Part shown: one piece after another, positions 43,391 through 52,818 of the stretch
How positions within the stretch are numbered: position 1 is the stretch's first letter
How the letters are laid out: every line of letters begins with the position of its first letter
Assembly (NCBI GenBank): GCA_013816725.1
Contig: JACDEA010000001.1
Span: 1 to 54,920 of the forward strand
Origin: Actinomycetota bacterium
GTDB lineage: Bacteria; Actinomycetota; Acidimicrobiia; Acidimicrobiales; JACDEA01
Length of the DNA: 54,920 bases
Direction of reading: 5' to 3'
The notes under the pieces: generated by a model
Database searches by the model: none
What the model was told of the DNA's origin: nothing
What the model saw: only the letters and a program-made list of their open reading frames with translations
Translations under genes and position numbers: made by a program

Positions 43391-43979
43391 CTCAACCCTG
43401 GTGGCGTCGACTCGCCGAGGGCTCAGGCTCGAATACCTCACGATCGGCTGGAACATCGTCGAAGGGATTGTCGCGATTGGTGCCGGTGTCGCCGCCGGAT
43501 CGATCGCCCTCGTCGTGTTCGGGCTCGACTCGTTCATCGAGGTCGGCGCAGCCGGCGTCGTGGTGTGGCAGCTCAAGGGTGCCGACGAAGAGCGCGAGCG
43601 CCGGGCGCTTCGCCTGATCGCGCTGACGTTCTTCGCCCTCGCCGTCTACGTCGCGGCGAGCGCCGGTCGCGAACTCATCCTCGGCGAGCGGCCGCGCGAA
43701 TCGATCCTTGGAATCGTCGTGGCCACCTCCTCATTGGTCGTGATGCCCGTGCTCGGCATGGCCAAGCGAAGGACCGCGCAGCAGCTCGGGAATTCGGTCC
43801 TGCTCGCCGACTCGGCCGAAACGCTCTTCTGCTCGTACCTTTCCGCCATTGTCCTGGTCGGCCTCGGACTCAACGCAGTCCTCGGCTGGTGGTGGGCCGA
43901 CCCCGTCGCCGCCTGCGGCATCGCTGTCCTCGCCGTGCGCGAAGGCAGCGAGGCGTGGCGGGGCGACACCTGCTGCTGA
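43383..43979 (+). CDS. Short cation-efflux family membrane protein (TM domain only)
   Basis: 'LEYLTIGWNIVEGIVA', 'SIALVVFGLDSFIEV', 'NSVLLADSAETLFCSYLS'. Start overlaps the previous gene's stop by 8 nt. Confidence 0.7.
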   Translation: MTNSTLVASTRRGLRLEYLTIGWNIVEGIVAIGAGVAAGSIALVVFGLDSFIEVGAAGVVVWQLKGADEERERRALRLIALTFFALAVYVAASAGRELILGERPRESILGIVVATSSLVVMPVLGMAKRRTAQQLGNSVLLADSAETLFCSYLSAIVLVGLGLNAVLGWWWADPVAACGIAVLAVREGSEAWRGDTCC

Positions 43980-44178
43980 GGCGAGCCCTATTGCCAATCA
44001 CGCTCATAACACTGCGTGCGCCGCGTCCGAGCGCTACCTGGCCGACACGCTGGAGCGCGACGACGCAAACATGTCGAGTCGCTACCCGCGCTTGCTCGAT
44101 CCAATCCTCGACCTCTCGACCCACAGCGGAGACTTTCGTGCCCAGCATGTTGGTTGAGTTCTAAAGAAGCGCAACCAC

Positions 44179-44220
44179 TTCCTAAACCGTGTGCGGAAGT
44201 TCGAGTCTTCCCGGGGCCGC
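44179..44220 (+). repeat. tRNA-Arg 3' half copy 3 (most diverged)
   Basis: 'ttcctaaaccgtgtgcGGAAGttcgagtCTTCCcggggccgc'. Confidence 0.8.
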
Positions 44221-44589
44221 TGACAGAGATGCTGGTTGCGCACGTCGCGGGACCGAAACTGCTGACCGAGAACATTGACGCCGACGGCAGCTGTGACGCA
44301 GCCGAGCGGCATCTACCAACTCGGCTGGAGGGCGATAGCACGTACCCGGCATCATCGGATGGGCGCGGCCGACCTAGCCCAGGTGAGTGGATCCGCATGA
44401 CGAACTCCGGCTAGCTGCACGCACCGGCCCGAGGGACTGTCACCTACCGGCACATGGAGAGCAGGGCCGTCCTAGCGATACTTGAGCACCGCCCCCGCGG
44501 GCTCTGAGCACCCTCGTTGGCGAACTCGCCCAAGGCGCATCCACCCGGTAAGGGTGCGCCCAGCCGCAGTTGGTGAGGGAGGCTGGAGT

Positions 44590-45777
44590 TCACACCTCGG
44601 GGGATGCGGCGATCGAGCGGATGCGGCTGATGAGAAGCGACGACGGGATCATCCGCAACGCCGTGTTGCGAATGTGACAGGCGAGCGGCCGGCGGAGTTG
44701 GACGACTCGGCCGGCGGACCGCGAGAGCGCTGCCACACGGTTGGCCGAGCGCCGACGTCGCTGCTCGTAGGCCCTCAGCGCGTCGATCACGTTGTCGAAT
44801 GTCCCGACGCAGTCCGACAGTGCCACCGAGTCTTCGATGGCCTGACAGGCGCCTTGTCCGAGATTGGGCCTCATCGGGTGCGCCGCGTCGCCGAGGACGC
44901 AGACCCTCCCGGCCGTCCAGCTACTAAGAGGCGCTCGGTCGTACATGTCTTGGCGGATGATCCCAGTCGGATCCGTCGCTTCGAGCACCGCGCCAATCGG
45001 CTCATGCCAAGCCCCGAACCGCCTCAGGACCTCGTCGTACTCACGACCAACTGCGCGCTCTGCCTCTGGACGGTTCGCGGTAGCGAACCAGTACACGCGC
45101 TGCTCACCGACCGGCACGATGCCGAACGCACCGCCCACGCCCCAGGTCTCGAAGCCGAGGTGCCCGGAGGCCAGCGATGACGGCAGATCGGTGATCGCAC
45201 GCCACGCTGTGCAGCCGGTGTAGGCGGAGGACATTCCAGGATGCATCGTCCTGGCAACCACCGAGTGCACGCCATCGGCTCCGACCAATGCGCCGCCTTC
45301 TAACGTCTCGCCGTCAGAGGTCTCAACGGTCACGCCACGGTCGTCTTGGCGATAGGCGGCGACCTCTGCGCCGAGGCGAACATCGGAACGATCAGCCGCC
45401 TTCGCTAACACCGACAGCAACTCGGCGCGATGCACGCACACAACGGGCTCACCTAACGACGCGGTAACGCGATCCGCCGACTGGCGAAGCAACCATCGAC
45501 CGCTCGGCGAACGGACGCCACCATCACCCACGGGCACGCTCAGCGCCCGGACGGCGGCCCCGACGCCTAGGCGATCGAGCGCCGCCAGCGCGTTGGGGAA
45601 CAACGTGAGCCCGGCACCGACCTCGCGCAACTCCTCGCGGCGCTCGAGAACAACCACCTGGCGGCCCTTGGCCTGGAGTCCGATCGCGGCACAGAGCCCG
45701 CCAATGCCGCCACCCGCGATGAGAATCGGCTCGCGCGCCACAGGCACTATCGCAGCATTGAACGCGGCGACGCACAT
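44590..45777 (-). CDS. FAD-dependent monooxygenase (salicylate hydroxylase/UbiH-like)
   Basis: 'ILIAGGGIGGLCAAIGLQAKGRQVVVLERR' is a GxGxxG FAD site. 'RVCVLGDAAHPMRPNLGQGACQAIEDS' is a GD/DG-type motif. Confidence 0.85.
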   Translation of the reverse strand: MCVAAFNAAIVPVAREPILIAGGGIGGLCAAIGLQAKGRQVVVLERREELREVGAGLTLFPNALAALDRLGVGAAVRALSVPVGDGGVRSPSGRWLLRQSADRVTASLGEPVVCVHRAELLSVLAKAADRSDVRLGAEVAAYRQDDRGVTVETSDGETLEGGALVGADGVHSVVARTMHPGMSSAYTGCTAWRAITDLPSSLASGHLGFETWGVGGAFGIVPVGEQRVYWFATANRPEAERAVGREYDEVLRRFGAWHEPIGAVLEATDPTGIIRQDMYDRAPLSSWTAGRVCVLGDAAHPMRPNLGQGACQAIEDSVALSDCVGTFDNVIDALRAYEQRRRRSANRVAALSRSAGRVVQLRRPLACHIRNTALRMIPSSLLISRIRSIAASPEV

Positions 45778-45979
45778 GGTGCGACAAGCCAAAGACGTGG
45801 GCGAGCTCCGTGCCGTGGCTGACATCCTCGGCCACAGTCCCGACATGCTGATGCGGATCTACGCCCACGCCATGCCCGACTCCCTCCAGGCCGTCGCCGA
45901 TCGCATCGGGCAGCGGAGCGGCGGCGGAGTCGGGTTGAGCCAGCCCGCCGCCGACCTTGATGCGGACCGCCGTTCGTAA
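45776..45979 (+). pseudogene. Tyrosine recombinase C-terminal remnant
   Basis: 'AKDVGELRAVADILGHSPDMLMRIYAHAMPDS' matches the LGH...Y-x-H end of integrases (compare 'RTVSGRLGHANASTTLDIYAHF' in the island A integrase). No upstream catalytic domain is present. Confidence 0.5.
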
Positions 45980-46077
45980 ACGACCGGAGTACAGGTGCAT
46001 AGCGGCAACGTGACCTACCAGGCGACCATCCACCTCGCGACCGGATTGGCGGCATCGGACGCGCCCCCTCTGCGAGG

Positions 46078-47268
46078 ATGCGGCGCGTGGGCACCGACGG
46101 AGGGCGGACGGTCCAGTTGGTCCTCGTTGACCGCTCGGGCCTACCGCTCGGCGTCACGCCTGCGTTCGACGTCGAGTTGCCCTGGTGGCAGGAGGCGGGA
46201 CCGGTCGTACGTGGCGCGAGAAGGGCCTTCGGGCTCGACGTCGTCGTGCTGCGGCTGCTCGAGGCCGGTTCGTGGCCCGGCGGGAAGGTGACCTATGTCG
46301 CCGAGGCGCTCTCGCCACCGGCGATCCCGCTCGCCCCTGCGCCCGTGCTCGACGAGCAACCGCTCCGGCTCACCTACGCCCGCGCCGGCGGGCCGGCGGC
46401 GGACATCGCGTGGGCAGATGACCACCTGGCTCGAATCGGTCGGCCACGGACAGGGCCGGCCGAGCAGGTCCGCACGTGGAACCTCTCGTCGCTGTGGAGG
46501 CTCCCGGCTGCCGGCGGCCCGACGTGGCTGAAGGTCGTCCCCCCCTTCTTCGCCCACGAGCCGGCCCTCATCAGGCTCCTGGACGACCCGGTGCTGCCGC
46601 CGTTGCTGGCCGGCGAGCCCGGGCGGTCGCTACTCGAGGAGGTGGCAGGCACCGACGGTTACGAGGCATCGTCGGCGGCTTGGCTTGACCAGCTCAGCCA
46701 TCTCGTCCGGCTGCAGCGCTCGACCTTTGGACGGACCGACGAGCTCTTGTCGGCCGGCCTGCCCGATCGACGGGCGGCGCCACTCGCGGCACGGATCGAG
46801 CGTGCCGCCGGTGTGGCCCGGCCCGCGTTCGATGCGCCCGAACGCGCCGCGCTGGACGCCCTCGTCCTCTCCGTCGAGCCCCGGCTGGCACGGGCCGCCG
46901 CCCTCGGGGTGCCCGATGGCTTCGTGCACGGCGACGCCCACCCCGGTAACGCCCGCTTCACCGCTGACACCTGCGTCGCTCTGCTCGATTGGGGCGACGC
47001 CGTGGTCGGCAACCCCCTGCTCGACCTCTCGGTCGTCGCCGCCTTCCGCCCCGAAGCCGACGAGGTGCTGACCGGCTGGCTCGAGCTGTGGCAGGCCGCC
47101 CTGCCCGCAGCCGACATCAGCGCCGCGTGGGCGGAGGTGCGGCCGCTCGGCAACCTGCGCGCCGCGGCCGTGTTCCAGGGGTTCCTGGATGCCATCGAGC
47201 CGGCGGAGCGCCGCTACCACGAGAGCGACCCCGTCGCCGCGCTGCGGCGGGCCATCGCGGAGGCCTGA
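46078..47268 (+). CDS. Aminoglycoside/choline-kinase-like phosphotransferase (APH fold)
   Basis: 'FVHGDAHPGNARF' and 'ALLDWGDAVVGNPLLDL' are the Brenner catalytic loop and the DxD-type Mg site. Confidence 0.8.
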   Translation: MRRVGTDGGRTVQLVLVDRSGLPLGVTPAFDVELPWWQEAGPVVRGARRAFGLDVVVLRLLEAGSWPGGKVTYVAEALSPPAIPLAPAPVLDEQPLRLTYARAGGPAADIAWADDHLARIGRPRTGPAEQVRTWNLSSLWRLPAAGGPTWLKVVPPFFAHEPALIRLLDDPVLPPLLAGEPGRSLLEEVAGTDGYEASSAAWLDQLSHLVRLQRSTFGRTDELLSAGLPDRRAAPLAARIERAAGVARPAFDAPERAALDALVLSVEPRLARAAALGVPDGFVHGDAHPGNARFTADTCVALLDWGDAVVGNPLLDLSVVAAFRPEADEVLTGWLELWQAALPAADISAAWAEVRPLGNLRAAAVFQGFLDAIEPAERRYHESDPVAALRRAIAEA

Positions 47269-47364
47269 TCCCGTCAGGGCCGCGGCACGAACGGCCTGCG
47301 CGGTCTCGGAATCCGCCGGGGCGCACGCGCCCCGCGCCGCCGCGCCACGATCGGTTGGGATGCG

Positions 47365-47550
47365 GTGACCGCCACCGAGACCCGGGTCGCGCTTCTCGTG
47401 GCGGAGGGCCTGACAAACCGGGCCATCGGGGATCGCCTTTTCATCTCCCCGCGCACGGTGGCAACCCATGTCGCCCACCTCTTCGAGAAGCTCGGTACGT
47501 CATCCCGCACCGAGCTGGCCGCGACAGTCATCCGCCGGGAAGTGGGTTGA
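47365..47550 (+). CDS. Stand-alone or truncated LuxR/GerE-type HTH domain protein
   Basis: 'ETRVALLVAEGLTNRAIGDRLFISPRTVATHVAHLFEKLG'. Only 61 aa, with no partner domain upstream in frame. Confidence 0.6.
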   Translation: MTATETRVALLVAEGLTNRAIGDRLFISPRTVATHVAHLFEKLGTSSRTELAATVIRREVG

Positions 47551-47775
47551 CGTGGCGTAGCGGCGAGCGCAGCCATCGGCGATCACGGCACCACCGAGCA
47601 GAGCCTCCAATCGGGGAGCTCAAAAACTGCGCAAGGGTCGCCGCCGCGTTGACAGCAACAGCGACAGCAACGCAGGTGAGCACCAGCAGACGGGAGTGGA
47701 CGCTGACGTCTGCGCAACATTGCCTTGGAGCGCTCAAGGGACGTACGCAACCGCCGGTGGACCGTCCGAACGAGT

Positions 47776-47819
47776 TTCCTAAACCGTGTGCGCAGGTTCG
47801 ATTCCTGCCGGGGGCGCAA
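47776..47819 (+). repeat. tRNA-Arg 3' half copy 4 (outermost; likely the original host 3' half)
   Basis: 'ttcctaaaccgtgtgcGCAGGttcgattCCTGCcgggggcgcaa'. Confidence 0.85.
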
Positions 47820-47874
47820 TCCTGAAACGAGTGGACTTTCGACTGCGGCGCGGGACCGGTAGCGTCCTGGCCGC

Positions 47875-48597
47875 GTGGCGAGCCCCGACGAGCAAGAGCG
47901 GCGCGTCGTCGCTGTGCTGTTGGTCCCGGCGACGCTTCTGTTGCTCGCCTCTGACCTTCTGTTCGACGCCGTCCGGTATCGCCACGGAACGTTCATCCCG
48001 AGGTTCGCGGATCTCGTGAGCGTCGGAGCGGGCAAAGCCGGGTTGTTCAGACTGGCCGGCCTCACCGACATGCTGGGCAGCTACTTGCTACCGCTTCCTG
48101 CGACCGTCTACCTGTGGCGCGTGCTGCGGCCGAGCAAACCGCTCGTCGTCGACCTGATCGCATTGGCAGGCGTGGGCTTCGGCCTGATTGGGGGCGCAGC
48201 GGCCGCCGCTCTTTCGTTCGGCGGTTCGTCCCTCATACGCAGCTACGCCGCCGCTGGCCCCGGCGCTCGGCCCGCGATTGCTTCGACATTCGCCTCTCTC
48301 GACGGGGCCCTGACCAGCGGCGTCTGGCAGTCCTTCAACGGTGTGCTGCTCGCCGTGTGGCTCGTGGGCCTCGCCCTGGTATTGCGTCGCCGGTGGAGGT
48401 GGTTCGCGGCATACAGCGCCGTGTTGGGTGTCGCCGGCGTGCTCGGATCGCTGGGCCTCCTCGCGGGACAGGAGTATGCGTCGAGCGCACCTGAGACCGT
48501 CGTGTTCCTGCCTCTCAACGTCTGGCTCGCGTGGCTCGCGTTCCTGTTGTGGCGCGGGGCGCCGGCTGCGTTGAGCGCGGGCAGATCTACCGTGTGA
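47875..48597 (+). CDS. Polytopic membrane protein, function unknown
   Basis: 240 aa with about 6 hydrophobic segments. Stop overlaps the next gene's GTG (GTGA). Confidence 0.55.
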   Translation: MASPDEQERRVVAVLLVPATLLLLASDLLFDAVRYRHGTFIPRFADLVSVGAGKAGLFRLAGLTDMLGSYLLPLPATVYLWRVLRPSKPLVVDLIALAGVGFGLIGGAAAAALSFGGSSLIRSYAAAGPGARPAIASTFASLDGALTSGVWQSFNGVLLAVWLVGLALVLRRRWRWFAAYSAVLGVAGVLGSLGLLAGQEYASSAPETVVFLPLNVWLAWLAFLLWRGAPAALSAGRSTV

Positions 48598-50030
48598 CGG
48601 TGCCGGTTGTCCCGCTCACCGTCGAAGCAATCGACGAGGTCTTCACAACAGGACTCTCGGCCATCCGCGCCGAGTTGCTGATCGAAGACCTGCCGGCCGC
48701 CGCCGTGGCCGAGGCCAACGCAGCGGCCCGCGCCGGACCGACGGATGCCTCGATGCAGGACTTGACCGACCTCCCGTTCGTCACGGTCGACCCGCCCGGG
48801 AGCAGAGACCTCGACCAGGCGCTCCACATCACCGCGGAGGGCGACGGGTGGGTCGTGTACTACGCGGTGGCGGACCTCGCCATGTTCGTTCGACCGGGCG
48901 GTGCAATTGACCAGGCGGCGCGAGCGCGGGGATCGACGATCTACTTCCCCGACCAGAAGTCGCCGCTGCACCCTGTGGCCCTAAGTGAGGGCGCAGCGAG
49001 CCTGCTCGCCGGAGAGATCCGGTCGGCGCTGGTCTGGCGCGTACGGCTCAACGCTTCTGGCGAGGTGGTCGACGTCGACGTTCGTCGCGCCCGCGTTCGC
49101 AGCCGTGGCGCCTACACCTATCAGCAGGTCCAGGCGGCGCTCGATGGCGGGACCGCCGACCCGGTCTTCGAGTTCCTCCGCGATGCGGGCCAAGCTCGTG
49201 CGTCATTGCAGGCTCGGCGAGGCGGACTCGACCTACGTCTTCCCGATCAAACCGTGATCGTCACCAACGGGAAGTACGAACTCGTGTACCGCGCCCCGTT
49301 GCCTGTCGAAGGCTGGAACGCGCAGGTGTCGCTTCTCGTCGGCGAGTGCGCGGCGCGACTCATGCTCGACGCCGGCATCGGCGTGCTCCGGACCATGCCG
49401 CCGCCGACCCCCGACACCGTCGACCGCCTTCGCCGGCACGCCCGTGCGCTCGGCGTGCCGTGGCCCGAGGCGACCGGCTACGCGGCATTCGTCAGGTCGC
49501 TCGACCCCCGCGTCGCCGACCAAGCCGCGCTGATCGTGCAGTCAGCCAAGCTGGCGCGGGGGGCGGCCTACCTCGGGTTCACGCAGGCTCCAACGGGCGA
49601 CGTGACTCACGCTGCGGTGGCCGCTCCGTACGCGCACGTCACCGCACCGCTGCGTCGGTTGGTCGACCGTTTCGCCAACGAGATCACTCTGGCCGCATGC
49701 GCGGCGGCGACCACGCCGCAATGGGCATCCGCGGCGGTGGCCGAGCTGCCGGCGCTGATGGCCCGCGCCCATGACCGTGAGCGCGCCGCTGAGCGTTTGG
49801 TCGTGTCGCTGGCCGAGGCCGCCGTGCTGGCCGGGTGCGTCGGCACGGTCGTCAACGGCGTCGTGGTCGACGCCGGACCACACCATGCAACCGTGCAACT
49901 GGCGCGACCGGCGGTCGTTGCCGACGTCGCAATTGGCAGCGCCGGGATCGGGCTGGGTGACGAGATCCGGCTGCGAGTAGCAACAGCGGACCCACGGACT
50001 CGCACGGTGGTCCTCGAACCCCTCGATTGA
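48594..50030 (+). CDS. RNB-domain exoribonuclease (RNase II/R family)
   Basis: 'VTVDPPGSRDLDQALHI', 'YYAVADLAMFV', 'RGSTIYFPDQKSPLHP', and 'YAHVTAPLRRLVDR' (conserved RNB Arg motif). Confidence 0.85.
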   Translation: MTVPVVPLTVEAIDEVFTTGLSAIRAELLIEDLPAAAVAEANAAARAGPTDASMQDLTDLPFVTVDPPGSRDLDQALHITAEGDGWVVYYAVADLAMFVRPGGAIDQAARARGSTIYFPDQKSPLHPVALSEGAASLLAGEIRSALVWRVRLNASGEVVDVDVRRARVRSRGAYTYQQVQAALDGGTADPVFEFLRDAGQARASLQARRGGLDLRLPDQTVIVTNGKYELVYRAPLPVEGWNAQVSLLVGECAARLMLDAGIGVLRTMPPPTPDTVDRLRRHARALGVPWPEATGYAAFVRSLDPRVADQAALIVQSAKLARGAAYLGFTQAPTGDVTHAAVAAPYAHVTAPLRRLVDRFANEITLAACAAATTPQWASAAVAELPALMARAHDRERAAERLVVSLAEAAVLAGCVGTVVNGVVVDAGPHHATVQLARPAVVADVAIGSAGIGLGDEIRLRVATADPRTRTVVLEPLD

Positions 50031-50048
50031 ACTCTCGATCCGACGTTG

Positions 50049-50582
50049 CTAGTCCGGCGGGTTCGTCGTCTCCTTGAGTTGGATCAGCGCCTCGTCGAGG
50101 TCGGCCGCTTGCTCGTCGACGCGGCGCTCGAGACGGCGCTCGTAGACGCGTCGCTCGATCTCGAGGCAGCGGCGGCGGCCGGCGTTGGCGACGATAACCA
50201 GGACATGGTTGACCGAGAACGGTTTGATCACGTAGCCGTAGGCACCGGTGTCGATGGCGAGGTCTGCGATCTTGGAGTCGTCGATGCCGGTGACCATGAC
50301 CACGGCGAGGTCGGGATGGCTACGGACCAGCTCGGCCGCCAGCTCGAGCCCGGACTCGCCCGGCATCATCACATCGACCAGCGCGAGTGCGTAGTCGCTC
50401 TCTTCGACCCGGGCGCGCGCTTGGGCGGCGTTTTCAGCGATCGTGCAGTGGTAGCCCTCCGGCTCGAGGATGTGACAGAGCAATACGGCGATCGCCGGGT
50501 CGTCGTCGACGATCAACGTGGCCGCGGTGTCGCCGAAGAGCGGCGGCATCCCGCCAGGCCTGAAGATGAGCTCGTGCTCCAT
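50049..50582 (-). CDS. Response regulator receiver with C-terminal coiled-coil
   Basis: From ATG 50582: 'TLIVDDDPAIAVLL', 'ALALVDVMMPGESG', 'VVMVTGIDD', 'GAYGYVIKPF'. Confidence 0.8.
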   Translation of the reverse strand: MEHELIFRPGGMPPLFGDTAATLIVDDDPAIAVLLCHILEPEGYHCTIAENAAQARARVEESDYALALVDVMMPGESGLELAAELVRSHPDLAVVMVTGIDDSKIADLAIDTGAYGYVIKPFSVNHVLVIVANAGRRRCLEIERRVYERRLERRVDEQAADLDEALIQLKETTNPPD

Positions 50583-50683
50583 CCATACTCCTCGCCTTGT
50601 CCGTTGCCTTCCCACTTTGACGCATCCAGGAACGTGACGCGGCGACACGACGCGGCCGCGGCGACGGCGACGTTCCTGAGAGT

Positions 50684-51916
50684 ATGGTCGACATGAAGAC
50701 CGATCCCGACGCCGCTGGCCTCGACGCTCGCCTCCTGAACCGCATCGGCGACCACCTGCGAGAGCGGTACATCGAGCCCCAGAAGATCGCCGGTTGCCAG
50801 GTCGCGGTGCTGCGCCACGGCGCGGTCGGCTACGCCGAATCGTTCGGTTCGATGGATCTCGAGCGGGCCAAGCCGGTCGCCGACGACACGATCTGGCGGA
50901 TCTACTCGATGACCAAGCCGATCATCGGCGTCGCCCTGATGACGCTCTACGAGCGCGGTCACTTCCAGCTCAACGATCCGGTGTCGCGATGGATCCCCGC
51001 CTGGAAGGACCTCAAGGTCCGCGAGCGGTCCGAGAACGGCGACGTGCGATCGGTCGAGCCGCACCATCCGATGTCGGTGCGCGACACCCTCATGCACATG
51101 ACCGGTTTGGGCTGGGGCATCGACGGACCCATGCAGATGGAGCGCTTCATGGAGGCGATGGTGGCGCTGCGCGGCGGGGCCGACGGCACCCTCGAGCAGA
51201 TGGTGACGAACCTGGCCGGGCACCCGCTCGAGTTCCACCCGGGCGAGCGCTGGCTCTACGGCGTGTCGACCGACATCGTCGGTTACCTCATCGAGCAGAT
51301 GTCGGGCCAGCGGCTCGACGACTTCCTGCGCGAGAACATCTTCGAGCCGCTCCAGATGGGCGACACCGGATTCAGCGTGGTCGATGACGACATCGGTCGG
51401 CTGGCGGCCAACTACGGGCGGCGTCGCAACAAGACCCTCGCCCTGATCGACGATCCCGAGCGCAGCTCGTATCGACGGCCACCGTCGTTCCTGTCGGGCG
51501 GCGGTGGGCTGGTGTCGACGCTGGAGGACTACGCCCGCTTCTGTCAGATGCTCGTCAACGGCGGCGAACTCGACGGTGTGCGCGTCGTCGGCCGCAAGAC
51601 CGTCGACCTCATGCGCACGAACCACCTCCCCAACAATGGCGAGCTGCGGCATTACGCGGTGCCCGGCGGTTACGGCGAGGTCGGCTTCGACGGCGTCGGG
51701 TTCGGCCTCACGATGGCCGTGGGCTTGGGCGAGGCGGCCACGCAGACCGTCGGCGCCGCCGGCGACTACTACTGGGGCGGCGCGGCGTCGACCATCTTCT
51801 GGATCGACCCGAACGAGGATCTCGCCGTCGTGTTCATGACCCAGCTCATGCCGTCGGGCACGTTCAACTTCCGCGGCCAGCTGCGGGCGCTCGTGTACCC
51901 CGCCATCGTCGACTAA
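50684..51916 (+). CDS. Serine hydrolase, beta-lactamase/esterase (class C-like) family
   Basis: 'WRIYSMTKPIIGVALM' (SxxK). 'WLYGVSTDIVGYLIE' (Y-x-S/N-like). Confidence 0.9.
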   Translation: MVDMKTDPDAAGLDARLLNRIGDHLRERYIEPQKIAGCQVAVLRHGAVGYAESFGSMDLERAKPVADDTIWRIYSMTKPIIGVALMTLYERGHFQLNDPVSRWIPAWKDLKVRERSENGDVRSVEPHHPMSVRDTLMHMTGLGWGIDGPMQMERFMEAMVALRGGADGTLEQMVTNLAGHPLEFHPGERWLYGVSTDIVGYLIEQMSGQRLDDFLRENIFEPLQMGDTGFSVVDDDIGRLAANYGRRRNKTLALIDDPERSSYRRPPSFLSGGGGLVSTLEDYARFCQMLVNGGELDGVRVVGRKTVDLMRTNHLPNNGELRHYAVPGGYGEVGFDGVGFGLTMAVGLGEAATQTVGAAGDYYWGGAASTIFWIDPNEDLAVVFMTQLMPSGTFNFRGQLRALVYPAIVD

Positions 51917-51951
51917 CCCACCGAGGGGCGCTCCTGAGACATCATCTGCCC

Positions 51952-52818
51952 ATGACCGAAACGTCGGTGGGCTCGGTGTCATCCGTTCTGCGGTTTCCGG
52001 TCAAGTCCATGCTGGGCGAAAACGTCGCTGCCGCGACCGTGAGCCAACGCGGCGTCGACGGCGACCGCGCCTACGCGCTCATCGACGAGGAGACCAACAA
52101 GGTCATCAGCGTGAAGCGGCCGCGGCGGTGGGGGCGGATCTTCGAACTGTCGGCGGCGACAAAGAGTGACGGACCAGTCGAGGTCACGTTCCCGGGCGGC
52201 GAGGCGATGGCGATCGACGACCCCGCCCTCCCCGATCGGCTCAGCGCCTTCTTCGGCCGGCGCGTCTCGGTTGCGGCCACGCCGCCGCCGGACGCAACGT
52301 TCGATGAGGCATGGGAGCGCGACCTCAAGGACGGCGCCGACCCGTACTTCGGTCTGCCCTCGCGCGACGAAGAGGGCGACGAGCTGATCGACGCCGGCGC
52401 GTTCATGAGCGGGCAGGGAAACTTCTTCAACTTTGGCGCCGTGCACCTCGTGACGACGGCGACGACGAAGCGGCTGTCGGAGGCGGCGCCCGACAGCAGG
52501 TTCGACGCTCGTCGCTTCCGGCCCAACATCGTCATCGACACCGACGAGGTGGGTTTCGTCGAGACCGGGTGGCAGGGTCACACGCTGGCCATCGGCGACG
52601 TACGGCTGTTGGTGACGTTCACCGTGCCCCGCTGCGTGATGACCACGCTCGCGCAGGGCGACCTGCCCGCCGACCGCGACGTGCTGCGGACCATCACCGC
52701 CGAGAACTCCGTCGACGTGTTCTCGACCGGGACGGCCTACCCGTGCGTGGGTGTGTACGGCGAAGTCGTCACCGGAGGCGACGTGCGCGTCGGCGACGCC
52801 GTCACGCTCATTTCTTAG
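51952..52818 (+). CDS. MOSC domain-containing protein (YcbX-like)
   Basis: 'VSSVLRFPVKSMLGE...VSQRGVDGDRAYALID' N-terminal beta-barrel. 'RFRPNIVIDT' and 'TVPRCVMTT' (MOSC Cys). Confidence 0.85.
   Translation: MTETSVGSVSSVLRFPVKSMLGENVAAATVSQRGVDGDRAYALIDEETNKVISVKRPRRWGRIFELSAATKSDGPVEVTFPGGEAMAIDDPALPDRLSAFFGRRVSVAATPPPDATFDEAWERDLKDGADPYFGLPSRDEEGDELIDAGAFMSGQGNFFNFGAVHLVTTATTKRLSEAAPDSRFDARRFRPNIVIDTDEVGFVETGWQGHTLAIGDVRLLVTFTVPRCVMTTLAQGDLPADRDVLRTITAENSVDVFSTGTAYPCVGVYGEVVTGGDVRVGDAVTLIS

Larger units (their letters stand above)
35992..44220. mobile_element. Island B: older integrated segment (no integrase left), redox/metal cargo
   Basis: Bounded by tRNA 3' half copies 2 and 3. Confidence 0.55.
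44221..47819. mobile_element. Island C: oldest integrated segment with integrase stub
   Basis: Bounded by tRNA 3' half copies 3 and 4. Contains a C-terminal integrase fragment at 45776-45979. Confidence 0.55.

Noticed and set aside
50513-51982. 489-aa minus-strand ORF
   Set aside because: Antisense to the serine hydrolase gene, which has a clear SxxK motif. Its composition is low-complexity (V/D/H/R-rich).
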